Notes: a model not told the origin generated them from the sequence alone. A stretch of 52,532 nucleotides of DNA from a virus (IMGVR_UViG_3300032046_005782:1-52532), one strand, 5' to 3'; counted from the stretch's first letter, positions 17,959 to 26,296 are shown. A program made the numbers and translations.

Positions 17959-18447
17959 CTATCGCTCCCATCGGGTCAAGGCACTCATCTGCTTCCATGA
18001 GAGCGGGCGGCTGTACTTGCGCGCGTCGGGCGGGGTTTCGATGTATGAAACTACCTGGTCGCGCAGGCTCCGGCGGAAGTCGGAGCGGAAGTTCTGAACC
18101 GCGAGCAGTTTGGTCAGGGCGACTCGCTCCGTGGGGTTGTCTACGTAGAGCGCCAGGTATACTTGCCAATCCTGGGGCATGTCCTTCGCTCCCTTGATGG
18201 CCCATACGGTTTCCCACTGGCTGGCGTGCTGCGCATATTCATCACCCGTCATCCAGTCGGGGATTTCTACGGGCCTGACTTCCCACTTGTTCACCTGTAC
18301 GGGTCGGAAATCGTCGGGCGAGAAGATGCAAGGCTTCTGTTCCGTCAGGTCTGCGGGGTCGGCGTCACCCTTCCACTCGCGTACAGGCGACTTCGGCGTG
18401 TACGTGAGTTCGCCATAGTGGCGGCAGAGAATCAGTACGGTCTTCAT
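17959..18447 (-). CDS. Hypothetical array protein
   Basis: MKTVLILCRHYG... after a CCAGGAGGA RBS. Confidence 0.85.
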   Translation of the reverse strand: MKTVLILCRHYGELTYTPKSPVREWKGDADPADLTEQKPCIFSPDDFRPVQVNKWEVRPVEIPDWMTGDEYAQHASQWETVWAIKGAKDMPQDWQVYLALYVDNPTERVALTKLLAVQNFRSDFRRSLRDQVVSYIETPPDARKYSRPLSWKQMSALTRWER

Positions 18448-18651
18448 TGTCGAATCCTCCTGGGTATAGTATGCGCCTAGCCAGGCTAATCGGCCACTCG
18501 GCCTGGCCAGGCTACCACACGAACCATTGGACTGCTTGCCCGTCACCCGTCCATCCAGAGCGTGGTGGCTCTCGCGCGTCAATTCGCGCTTCCCATGCCC
18601 AGGTGACTTATAGGGCAGTTTACCGTGGCCTATTCTGCCCCAGGGCTTCCC

Positions 18652-18717
18652 TACCTTCAGCCCAGGCCAGGCCCTGGCCTGGGCTGAAGGTAAGGGGAGC
18701 GTCACTCTCCCCTTACC
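18652..18717 (-). repeat. Structured intergenic element, copy 8 (sequence-divergent analogue)
   Basis: Perfect inverted repeat taccttcagcccaggccagg/cctggcctgggctgaaggta overlapping a ggtaaggggag/ctccccttacc hairpin. Confidence 0.8.
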
Positions 18718-18728
18718 CTTCTTCTTGT

Positions 18729-19148
18729 CTAGTGGTCCAGTTGCAGGGCCAGGCGGGCCTTGCGAACTGCGCGGGTCAAGCGTGGCAGGTATCCTACCTG
18801 CAGGCGGTTCTGCGCAGGAAAGTCGTACTGTAGCGCGCTGATCACTTCCATTCCGAAATCTACGGCTGCGCTTTCCAGGGCGGCGAGCGCCTTGACCGCT
18901 TCGCTCTTGTCGCTCAGGGTGCCGCTGTCTGCGCCATCGGTTTCGTCAAGGAGGGGTTCGTTGCGCAGGGCCAGGCGGGCCTTGCGGACTGCCGTGATCA
19001 GGTTGGGCAGGTATCCTACCTGCAGGCGGGCCTGTGTGGTCGGGTCAAACTTCGTAACTTCGATCACTTCCAGACCAAAGTCTACAGTGGTACTCTCCAA
19101 CTCCTTGAGCGCGTTGACCACTTCACTGTGGCTATAGACTGCGTCCAT
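18729..19148 (-). CDS. Hypothetical array protein with an internal tandem duplication
   Basis: SE.V.AL..LES..VDFG.EVI...RLQVGYLP.L..AVRKARLAL occurs twice; CCAGGAGGA RBS. Confidence 0.85.
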   Translation of the reverse strand: MDAVYSHSEVVNALKELESTTVDFGLEVIEVTKFDPTTQARLQVGYLPNLITAVRKARLALRNEPLLDETDGADSGTLSDKSEAVKALAALESAAVDFGMEVISALQYDFPAQNRLQVGYLPRLTRAVRKARLALQLDH

Positions 19149-19168
19149 CGTTTGTTCCTCCTGGGTAG

Positions 19169-19246
19169 TGTCAGGGTTGCCCCTGCTGTAACCGCAATCC
19201 CTGAGTGGGGTTGCGGTTACAGCAGGGGAGGATTGTCGAATCCTCC
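19169..19246 (-). repeat. Structured intergenic element, copy 9
   Basis: tgtcaggg box, cccctgctgtaaccgcaatccc/ggggttgcggttacagcagggg, then ggaggatt/aatcctcc. Confidence 0.9.
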
Positions 19247-19258
19247 ACCTGGCTGCTG

Positions 19259-19669
19259 CTAGTACCCAAACGCGCGGGCCCAGCGCGTGACTCCGTACCA
19301 CTGCGCTTTCGGTACGGTGTTGATGATCTTGTCGGCGATGGCGTCGAGCTTCTTCGCCAGGGCCAGGCGTTCGTTGTAATCGCCATTCAATCCGAAATCC
19401 GCCGTCATGGGCATGCAATGGTGGCGGTCGTCGGGTGAAACGCTGAAGGCTACCATCCGCCAAATGTAGGCGGTCTCTCCGCCTTCGGTGACCACCTTGC
19501 GTCCACCAAACTCGTCACGCTCGTCCGTTTCGGTGTATACAATCGTCGGCTTGCTTGCGCGCAAGCATCCGGTGTGGTGGTTTACAATCCCCTGGGCGAG
19601 TGCGTGTTCGTCGGCGGTCAAGTTGGCCTGGCTGAGGTCAATCGTCGGGTACGTCCGCCTTGCGGTCAT
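19259..19669 (-). CDS. Hypothetical protein, first gene of the array
   Basis: CCAGGAGGA RBS. Confidence 0.85.
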   Translation of the reverse strand: MTARRTYPTIDLSQANLTADEHALAQGIVNHHTGCLRASKPTIVYTETDERDEFGGRKVVTEGGETAYIWRMVAFSVSPDDRHHCMPMTADFGLNGDYNERLALAKKLDAIADKIINTVPKAQWYGVTRWARAFGY

Positions 19670-20149
19670 TGTATCATTCCTCCTGGGGTTGAATTTATGC
19701 GGTAGTACCGCACCAGCAGTCTACCAGGTTTCTGGTCTGCTGCTGGTGGGGTATTACCCCTGCCGTCTTACCCTCTACTGCTTTTCTCCGCCAGGTCTTT
19801 TTCAGGTTTCCCTGTGTGGTCCAGGAGTTTCCCACCAACCTTGCGTTTCCCAGTCCAACCCTACCTTCCCAGGTTTTGGTTCGGCCAGTCTGCCGGATTC
19901 TCACCGTCGGGTCTTGGCTTTGAGCTTCGCTTTCAGGTTCCCCCTTGCTTAGTTACTCCCTGGGTTCGGGTTTTCCCGTTCTTCCCGTCCCTGCGCTTTG
20001 CGCCTGCCGTGGAGTTTGTCGCTAGAGCGTCCCTTTACTTGCTCTACTCGGCTAGTTTGTTCTGGTGCTACTCTGGCCAGGGCTTCCCCATCTGGTGGCC
20101 AGGCTCCCTGGGGGGCGGCTTCCCCCTTCGTGCTCCCTTACTGTCTATA

Positions 20150-20158
20150 ATCATACCA
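20150..20158 (-). promoter_or_regulatory. Extended -10 promoter candidate for the array
   Basis: TGGTATGAT on the minus strand in an AT-rich patch; no clear -35. Confidence 0.4.
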
Positions 20159-20558
20159 CGCCAAGGTGAACAACGGGTATAGGAACTCTTAAAAAACTAC
20201 TAGAAAACCATTCCGACTTTATCGCCGCTTGCAGAGCATTCCGATTGCGGAGGCCGGCAGGGACATGGTTTGACGTCACCCGAGATCAGGCGAGCGGCTG
20301 GACTCCCCCACCCGGCCCAGGGCGGGCCTGGGGCCTGCGCGGGTCAGGGTTATCAGGCTGATTTGTCAATGCGGCAGTATTCGCATAGTCAAAGGGTTTC
20401 CCTTTTCTGGTGGGTGGGGCGATTCCTGCCCGTTTTGCACTGAATTGGCGTAAAGTAAAAAGTAAGACGAAAGTAAGACACTTCCCCAGGTGTCTTACCT
20501 TGCGCGGGAGGTCCGTCTCGCGCGCGGTCCGCCTCGCCCAGTAGTACCACGATACCTG

Positions 20559-20587
20559 TTGACATTGGCGCGCTTTTGCTGTATAAT
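20559..20587 (+). promoter_or_regulatory. Consensus sigma70 promoter upstream of the lysis/structural operon
   Basis: TTGACA-17 bp-TATAAT, exact. Confidence 0.88.
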
Positions 20588-20833
20588 CTTCATCAGCAGT
20601 AGCGCAATCCTCCTGGGTCTGGTGAGCGTGCTGCGAGTGCTAAAGCCGGAGGAGGGTGCGGGCCCAGACTCCGGCGCGCAATCATCTGGTTCGTTTTCTT
20701 TTTGGGTTCGGGGCCCTGTGGGCAGGGGCGGATGGACTGGCGCTTCTCCTGGGCAGTTCGTCACCCTTGCCCACAGGGCAGTTACTGCGCTATATTTTAC
20801 AATGCAGGTCCACCTGTGCGGGCCTGCGAGGTG

Positions 20834-20910
20834 ATGGAAGGGCAGGAGCCAGGTACGCTGTCGACGTCGTCGTGAGGGCCACTGCAGGGTTCGGACTCCT
20901 GCCCTTCCAT
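20834..20910 (+). other. 15-bp terminal inverted repeat enclosing a tRNA T-arm-like motif (structured leader or degenerate tRNA)
   Basis: atggaagggcaggag...gcagggttcggactcctgcccttccat. Confidence 0.4.
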
Positions 20911-21026
20911 GATCAGAACATCCCCCACCCGGGCCCCAGGGCCTACGGATGGGGAATTGGCCCTGGAACACAGACACACGGGCTACCGGCGAACGGTTGC
21001 CCGTGTTTTGTTTGTGTGGAGGATGC

Positions 21027-21716
21027 GTGGCAGATCCAGAGTATGACCAGGTCCAGGTTCAGGCGCTGGTCGTGGAATGTGACCAGGCAATTACTACGCT
21101 TCAGCAGACATCGGCCAATCTCCGCAGGCGATTGGACTGCCTGGTGGCCAGTCAAACCCCACTTCCGTGGACGCGCGATCTACGGGCAACCATGCCCAAA
21201 AACCCGGCTTGTCCAGGAATCCTCAAGGGCGGCTGGTGGCGCAGGCAGGTTGCGGCCATCAGGACGGTATGTTTCCACCACACTCTTTCCCAATCCCCTG
21301 TAGACTTCGCCAAGTGGTACATCACCAAGGAGGGCGGTCGGCCTTCGACGTGTTATACCCTTTGGATTACGGAGACCGGCGAGACCATCCTATGTGGTGA
21401 CCTGGAGGATGGGGTCTGGCACAATTTCCAGGGTCACGAGAATCTTGACTTGTCAGTTGGACTGGCGGGCAATCGGGCGGTCCTTGCTCCTTCGACGCTG
21501 CAGTTGAATGCGGCTGCACGGTTGGCGGCTTGGGCCATCAAATCTCCCCTGCTCCCCCTGATCACATCCCCCAAACAAATACTCGGTCACCAGGACTATC
21601 CCAAGTGTGGCGCTGGTGGCATCTATGCGACTGATTGCCCTGGGTGGCTGATGCCCCAAAGTGGAAAGTGGAAGGCTGCGCTATATGCGCGGTTGGATGC
21701 ACTCTTGTTAGTATAG
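21027..21716 (+). CDS. Endolysin, N-acetylmuramoyl-L-alanine amidase (Amidase_2)
   Basis: VCFHHT, ILGHQDY and TDCPG zinc-amidase motifs. GTG start after GGAGG. Confidence 0.85.
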   Translation: MADPEYDQVQVQALVVECDQAITTLQQTSANLRRRLDCLVASQTPLPWTRDLRATMPKNPACPGILKGGWWRRQVAAIRTVCFHHTLSQSPVDFAKWYITKEGGRPSTCYTLWITETGETILCGDLEDGVWHNFQGHENLDLSVGLAGNRAVLAPSTLQLNAAARLAAWAIKSPLLPLITSPKQILGHQDYPKCGAGGIYATDCPGWLMPQSGKWKAALYARLDALLLV

Positions 21717-21808
21717 GAGGTGGCCATGGTGGGTTACATCCCCCTGCAGGGGAGTTGATCAGTCGGTGGGTTCGATTCCGTTCAGTCTATTCATGATGGA
21801 GGTGTTCG

Positions 21809-22255
21809 GTGAAACGTCAAACGGTTCGACTTCTGGTGTGTGTTCTGGTGATTGCCTTGCTGCTGCTTGTGGCGGTCCTTCCCGTGTTCGCTGCGGGGTC
21901 GGGTGCCGGCCTGCTGGCCCAAGAAGAACCACCAACCCTGAAGGACATGTTCATTGGCGGTGTCAACGTCTTGGCCCTGATCATCATCCTGGTCCAGATC
22001 GCCAAGGACTGGTTCGGGGCGAGCGGCAATACCCTGCGCATCATCTCCCTGATCCTGGGCATCGGGTTCGCCATACTGTGGCAATCCACCATCGGCTTCC
22101 CGACCGACATCGCGGGATGGGTGATCTGTATCGTCCGTTTGCTCTACGGCGTGCTGGCCAGTGGCATTGTGGACTTCACCCGAGACGTGGCGAGCAGGGC
22201 AGGCTCCAAGGCAATCGAGGCCATCGTCAAGCGGGCGCAGGCAAACTCCGGCTGA
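21809..22255 (+). CDS. Putative holin / membrane protein
   Basis: Several hydrophobic helices, adjacent to the endolysin. Confidence 0.7.
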   Translation: MKRQTVRLLVCVLVIALLLLVAVLPVFAAGSGAGLLAQEEPPTLKDMFIGGVNVLALIIILVQIAKDWFGASGNTLRIISLILGIGFAILWQSTIGFPTDIAGWVICIVRLLYGVLASGIVDFTRDVASRAGSKAIEAIVKRAQANSG

Positions 22256-22285
22256 CGCTGACCGGCTAACCCGTGGGGCTAACCG

Positions 22286-23869
22286 ATGCCGTACAAGATA
22301 GGGAAGCGGGGGCCTGAGTTCTGTGTACTCAAGGGCTCCGGCCAGGTGGTCAAATGCCATCCTACCTACCAGAAGGCTTTGGCACACCTACGGGCGCTAG
22401 AGGTTAACGTGGAGGATGCGGTCATGGATGGGTTCAGTGGTGGCCATGTCATTGACCAGGGCCTGTTCCTGGATTTGCTCTCAGATCCTGCCATCGGTCA
22501 GCGGGTGTTGGCAGGGGAGCCAGTCGTTATCATCCCCAGGGGCCCGTTTGTGCGGGGCGGGGTCACCCGTGACATCACGGATGCGGTAGTCGGGCAGTTC
22601 GTCGGAAACTGGGAACATCGCCTCGACCGGGGTATCCGGCGCAGGCAGTTGGCCGTCGACACCGACCACGATGGTCGGGCGGTCGGCTGGTTCACCAACG
22701 TGCTTCCCATGGATGGTGGGGTCGGGGCGGCCTTCCGGTGGAATCGGAAGGGGCGCGAGGCGCTTCAAGAAGCAGAGTACGCATACTTCAGTCCCACCAT
22801 CTACTGGTGGCAGGAGGATGCAAAGGGAGAGGCGGTCGAGAATCAGTTGGGCGGTGGGGCGATGACCAACTATCCCTTTTTCGGCGAGGCGACTGCGCTT
22901 TACTCCATGCAATCCGTGGCCATCCCAGGTGGCGGGGCGGTGTGGTATGCGATCACGAAGAGCGAGGGCGGGGTCGAGTACCCTGCTCGTGCATACCTGG
23001 TCGTCGAGAACTCCGAGAAACCCGCTACCTGGCACTTGCGGGTCTACTCCCTGAAAGACGGCAAACTGGTACTGGATCATGGGTTGATGGGCGCTGCCAA
23101 AGCGGCGCTTACTTCACCCGGTGGCCACAGGGGTCGGAAGTACGAGGGCCCTGGCAAGCAGGAGGCTACCGGCAAACTCAAGGCTCTATACGAGAGCGAG
23201 GGCCTTGATTGGAATCGAGACGCTGGAGGTGACGATATGTCTGGACAATCTGGCGAGGGTCTGCCCACTTTGCTTCAGCAGGTGGTAGACTTCTTCTCGC
23301 GTAGTGGCGGGACTCCGCCACAAACCACTCCCGGTGCCGGCCCAGGCGCTGGCACTGGCGGTGTCGTATTGGATGAGGCGACACGTCAGCAGTTGGCCCA
23401 GGTGGCTACCCTGAGCACGCAGGTGGCTACCCTGACCACGGAGCGTGACACGTTCGCCTCGCGGGTGCAGGCGCTGGAGCAATCCCTGGCCGTGACCGAG
23501 GGCGCGCGGATGCTGGAGCGGTTCACTCAGATGGCGCGCGAGCAATTCGGCCATCTGCCCTGCGCCACTGGTGACCTGGCTGCTCATCTGGCCTGGCTCT
23601 ATCGGGCGGACTCCGAACAGAACCAACCCCATGCGGCGTTCTTCTCTACCCTGCTTGCCAATGCGGATGCCCAATTCGTGCAGACATTCCGTGAGCGTGG
23701 CCACACAGGGACGCAGGGCGGGTCGGCGCTGGAGCGCGTGCAAACGGCGGTCACGGCCTTCATGAAGGAGCATCAGGGCGTGACCTATGAGAGCGCGCTG
23801 TCGGAAGTCTTCCGGCTACAGCCTGACCTGTATGCGCTGTACAACCAGGAGCGGGAGGTGTCACAATGA
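22286..23869 (+). CDS. Prohead protease/scaffold (Mu gpI-like)
   Basis: VDTDHD.RAVGW, YAYFSPTI, GGAMTNYPFF and a coiled-coil C-terminus. Confidence 0.85.
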   Translation: MPYKIGKRGPEFCVLKGSGQVVKCHPTYQKALAHLRALEVNVEDAVMDGFSGGHVIDQGLFLDLLSDPAIGQRVLAGEPVVIIPRGPFVRGGVTRDITDAVVGQFVGNWEHRLDRGIRRRQLAVDTDHDGRAVGWFTNVLPMDGGVGAAFRWNRKGREALQEAEYAYFSPTIYWWQEDAKGEAVENQLGGGAMTNYPFFGEATALYSMQSVAIPGGGAVWYAITKSEGGVEYPARAYLVVENSEKPATWHLRVYSLKDGKLVLDHGLMGAAKAALTSPGGHRGRKYEGPGKQEATGKLKALYESEGLDWNRDAGGDDMSGQSGEGLPTLLQQVVDFFSRSGGTPPQTTPGAGPGAGTGGVVLDEATRQQLAQVATLSTQVATLTTERDTFASRVQALEQSLAVTEGARMLERFTQMAREQFGHLPCATGDLAAHLAWLYRADSEQNQPHAAFFSTLLANADAQFVQTFRERGHTGTQGGSALERVQTAVTAFMKEHQGVTYESALSEVFRLQPDLYALYNQEREVSQ

Positions 23870-24258
23870 CCGCTGTTGCGCAGGGCGCTGAGGTTCGCAG
23901 GTCTTTCGAGGCAGGCGAGGCGCTGACGAGTTATCAGTGGCACTTAGTGAAGTTCTCCGCTGGCAAACTCGTGCACATCGCTGCTGCCACTGACGTTCCT
24001 GCTGGCGTGCTGCAGGAGGCAGTCGCTTCCGGGCGGCAGGCAGAGATCGTCGTTACAGGGCCAACCTTGATCAAGTCGGCTGGTTCGCTTTCGGTGGGTG
24101 ACCTGATTGGCCCAAGCGCAAACGGGCGCGCGGATGGCAAGACTCCGGGTACGGATACCACGGAGTATGTCGCGGGCACAGTCTGGTCGGCTGCCGGTGG
24201 CGGTGACCAGTTGATTGAGGCTGTCGTCGACTGCGCTGCTCCCCACAGGGCATCGTAG
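23866..24258 (+). CDS. Capsid cement/decoration protein (DUF2190-like)
   Basis: Size, position before the capsid gene and small-residue-rich composition. Confidence 0.75.
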   Translation: MTAVAQGAEVRRSFEAGEALTSYQWHLVKFSAGKLVHIAAATDVPAGVLQEAVASGRQAEIVVTGPTLIKSAGSLSVGDLIGPSANGRADGKTPGTDTTEYVAGTVWSAAGGGDQLIEAVVDCAAPHRAS

Positions 24259-24279
24259 TCGGCAGGGAGGAATGCAACA

Positions 24280-25260
24280 ATGCCTATGGATTCCCCTGGG
24301 AGCGGGGATGTCCACGTGGATATCCTTCTGACCAATATGTCGGTGGGGTTCAAGAACCTGGTCTACATCGCGGGAGACATGTTCCCCACGGTCTTGGTCA
24401 TCAAACGGTCGGACATCGTGCCAAGGTATACAAAGTCTGCATGGTTCCGTGACGAGGCGCGAGAACTGACTGAGCGCGAGGCTCCACCCGTGATTGGCTA
24501 CGGGGTCGACGTGACCGATACATACTTCTGCCGGGAGTATGGAATCGGGCACTTCATTGGAGATGCGCGCAAGGCAAACACCGATTTGCCCTTCGATGCA
24601 GATCGGGATGGGACTGCCCTGGTGACCGACAAGATGCTCATGAAGGAAGAGCGGTTGTGGGTCACCAACTTCTGGAAGACCGGCGTCTGGGGTACGGACA
24701 AGACGGGCAACGTCGACTTCGTCAAGTGGTCGTCCTATGCTACGAGCAACCCCATCCTTGACCTGCGCGGGTTCGGGCGAACCATCCGGCGTGGTTTGGG
24801 GGGCCTGACTCCCAATACGTTGACGTTGGGCGATCTTACCTTCGACATGCTGGCCGACCACCCAGTCATCCTCGATCGCGTGAAGTATGGCGCAGGGTCG
24901 GCGGAGCCGGCGATGGTGACTCCCAACCTGATTGCTCAACTTCTCGGCCTGGCGCGCGTGAAGGTTGGCTTGTCCATGTACACGGCCAGTCCACAGGGTA
25001 CGGTGGAGGGGTCGGTGGTCTACACGCCAAACTGGGACGACGATGCGTGGTTGGGGTACGTTGCGCCTAACCCTGGCCTGTTCGTGCCATCGGCGGGGTA
25101 CAACTTCGCCTGGAAGACGGCTTTCGGCGGGCCCAGATACATCAAGCGCCGGCGCGATCCGCAGTCTGACAAAGGCGAGTTGATTGAGTGCTTCGCCTTC
25201 TACCAGCAGAAGGCGATCGCCGTTGACGCGGGCCTGTTCATTTCGGATGCGGTGGACTAG
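24280..25260 (+). CDS. Major capsid protein
   Basis: VDILLTNMSVGF..YIA..MFP.V, KWSSYATSNPILD, PSAGYNF, AGLFISDAV (Mu gpT/lambda E-like type). Confidence 0.9.
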   Translation: MPMDSPGSGDVHVDILLTNMSVGFKNLVYIAGDMFPTVLVIKRSDIVPRYTKSAWFRDEARELTEREAPPVIGYGVDVTDTYFCREYGIGHFIGDARKANTDLPFDADRDGTALVTDKMLMKEERLWVTNFWKTGVWGTDKTGNVDFVKWSSYATSNPILDLRGFGRTIRRGLGGLTPNTLTLGDLTFDMLADHPVILDRVKYGAGSAEPAMVTPNLIAQLLGLARVKVGLSMYTASPQGTVEGSVVYTPNWDDDAWLGYVAPNPGLFVPSAGYNFAWKTAFGGPRYIKRRRDPQSDKGELIECFAFYQQKAIAVDAGLFISDAVD

Positions 25261-25268
25261 GAGGTGCG

Positions 25269-25649
25269 ATGCCTGATCCTGGTTCCACTGTCAACGTTGT
25301 GAAGGGGGCCTGGGTTACTGCAGGCAGGGACTTCCGGTATGACGATGGCGAGATCGGCGAGGTGGTACTGGGCCAGGTGTTCCAGGTCCAGGGGCACCCG
25401 AACGATGCTCTGCTGATCAAACACAGCATGCTGGCCTTGCTGGAGCCACAACCGAAAAAGGCGGCGCTGGACGAGATGCCCGTTTGCGGGGCCTGTGGTC
25501 GGCGCTTCCTGCTGGAGTGGCAGAGAGATCGCTGCGGGCAGGCTCACGAGATGCCTGCCGAGGAGCGGGAGGCTGAGCGGCGAGAGGCTGTTCATCGTCG
25601 TACCGCGGAGGCCATGGGCCTGTCGGGCATGATCCAGGTCGGCGCGTAG
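25269..25649 (+). CDS. Hypothetical protein with CxxC
   Basis: GGAGGT RBS; in the operon. Confidence 0.75.
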   Translation: MPDPGSTVNVVKGAWVTAGRDFRYDDGEIGEVVLGQVFQVQGHPNDALLIKHSMLALLEPQPKKAALDEMPVCGACGRRFLLEWQRDRCGQAHEMPAEEREAERREAVHRRTAEAMGLSGMIQVGA

Positions 25650-25684
25650 TCGGCGCGCAAGTGAACCAAGCGGGAGGTTTTCGT

Positions 25685-26296
25685 ATGTTGAACAACAAGT
25701 ACATCCATGCGTGCTTGTCCCTACTGGCTGCCATCCTGGTGCTGGTGAGTGTGGCTGTTGTGGTCCACATCAGTCAACCCGGCGAGGCGGATGCGCAGAC
25801 GGTCCAGGGTTACAGCCTGGTCACCCTGTTCGATGGGGGCGATGCATACACGTCCACCCAATACTCCGGGCCAGTGTTGGGCGGGTACTTCAGTCACGTC
25901 CAGGTCCAGATGGCTACCACTGCGATTACGTCTGCCCACACGCTCTCCGTCACTCCCCAATTCTCGAATGAGATGGTGGCCTGCGGGGCCATCACGGACT
26001 GGTTCGATGGGGCGGTGGTCCAGGTCTATGCAGATTATGCATCCACATCTACCGCAGATCTATACGCTGAAGCAGGGACGACTGAGACTATCACTTCGAC
26101 GACCACTCTGGCGACTTCCTCGAACGGTCTGGCACTTGGGTCGGTTTCGATGCTGTTCCGGTTGGAGGGCGCTGCACCATCGGCGGTCGGGCGTGACTTC
26201 CCCATCCTGGGGCAGTGCATGCGTTTCAAGCTCGAATCGTCAGGGTCGGACATCGTCTATACCCCTACCCTCTACGCGCGACTCATCAACGACTGA
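25685..26296 (+). CDS. Hypothetical protein with an N-terminal signal or TM helix
   Basis: Hydrophobic N-terminus followed by a Ser/Thr-rich beta region. Confidence 0.75.
   Translation: MLNNKYIHACLSLLAAILVLVSVAVVVHISQPGEADAQTVQGYSLVTLFDGGDAYTSTQYSGPVLGGYFSHVQVQMATTAITSAHTLSVTPQFSNEMVACGAITDWFDGAVVQVYADYASTSTADLYAEAGTTETITSTTTLATSSNGLALGSVSMLFRLEGAAPSAVGRDFPILGQCMRFKLESSGSDIVYTPTLYARLIND

Noticed and set aside
13687-19246. CRISPR array
   Set aside because: Repeats are about 70-130 bp and variable, are separated by whole genes, and no cas genes are present.
13687-19246. Classical integron attC sites
   Set aside because: No RYYYAAC...GTTRRRY ends in the gene orientation and no integron integrase.
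13687-19246. Hammerhead or twister ribozymes
   Set aside because: The CUGANGA/GAAA core and twister consensus are not found on either strand by eye.
13687-19246. Plain intrinsic terminators
   Set aside because: No U tracts, and most downstream genes lack their own promoter. U-less termination cannot be fully excluded.
20834-20910. Functional tRNA gene
   Set aside because: The T-loop has extra bases and no proper D or anticodon arm is evident; kept only as a structured element.
23399-23440. 21-bp tandem repeat as a DNA element
   Set aside because: Explained by the coiled-coil heptad repeat QVATLST/QVATLTT in the scaffold region.
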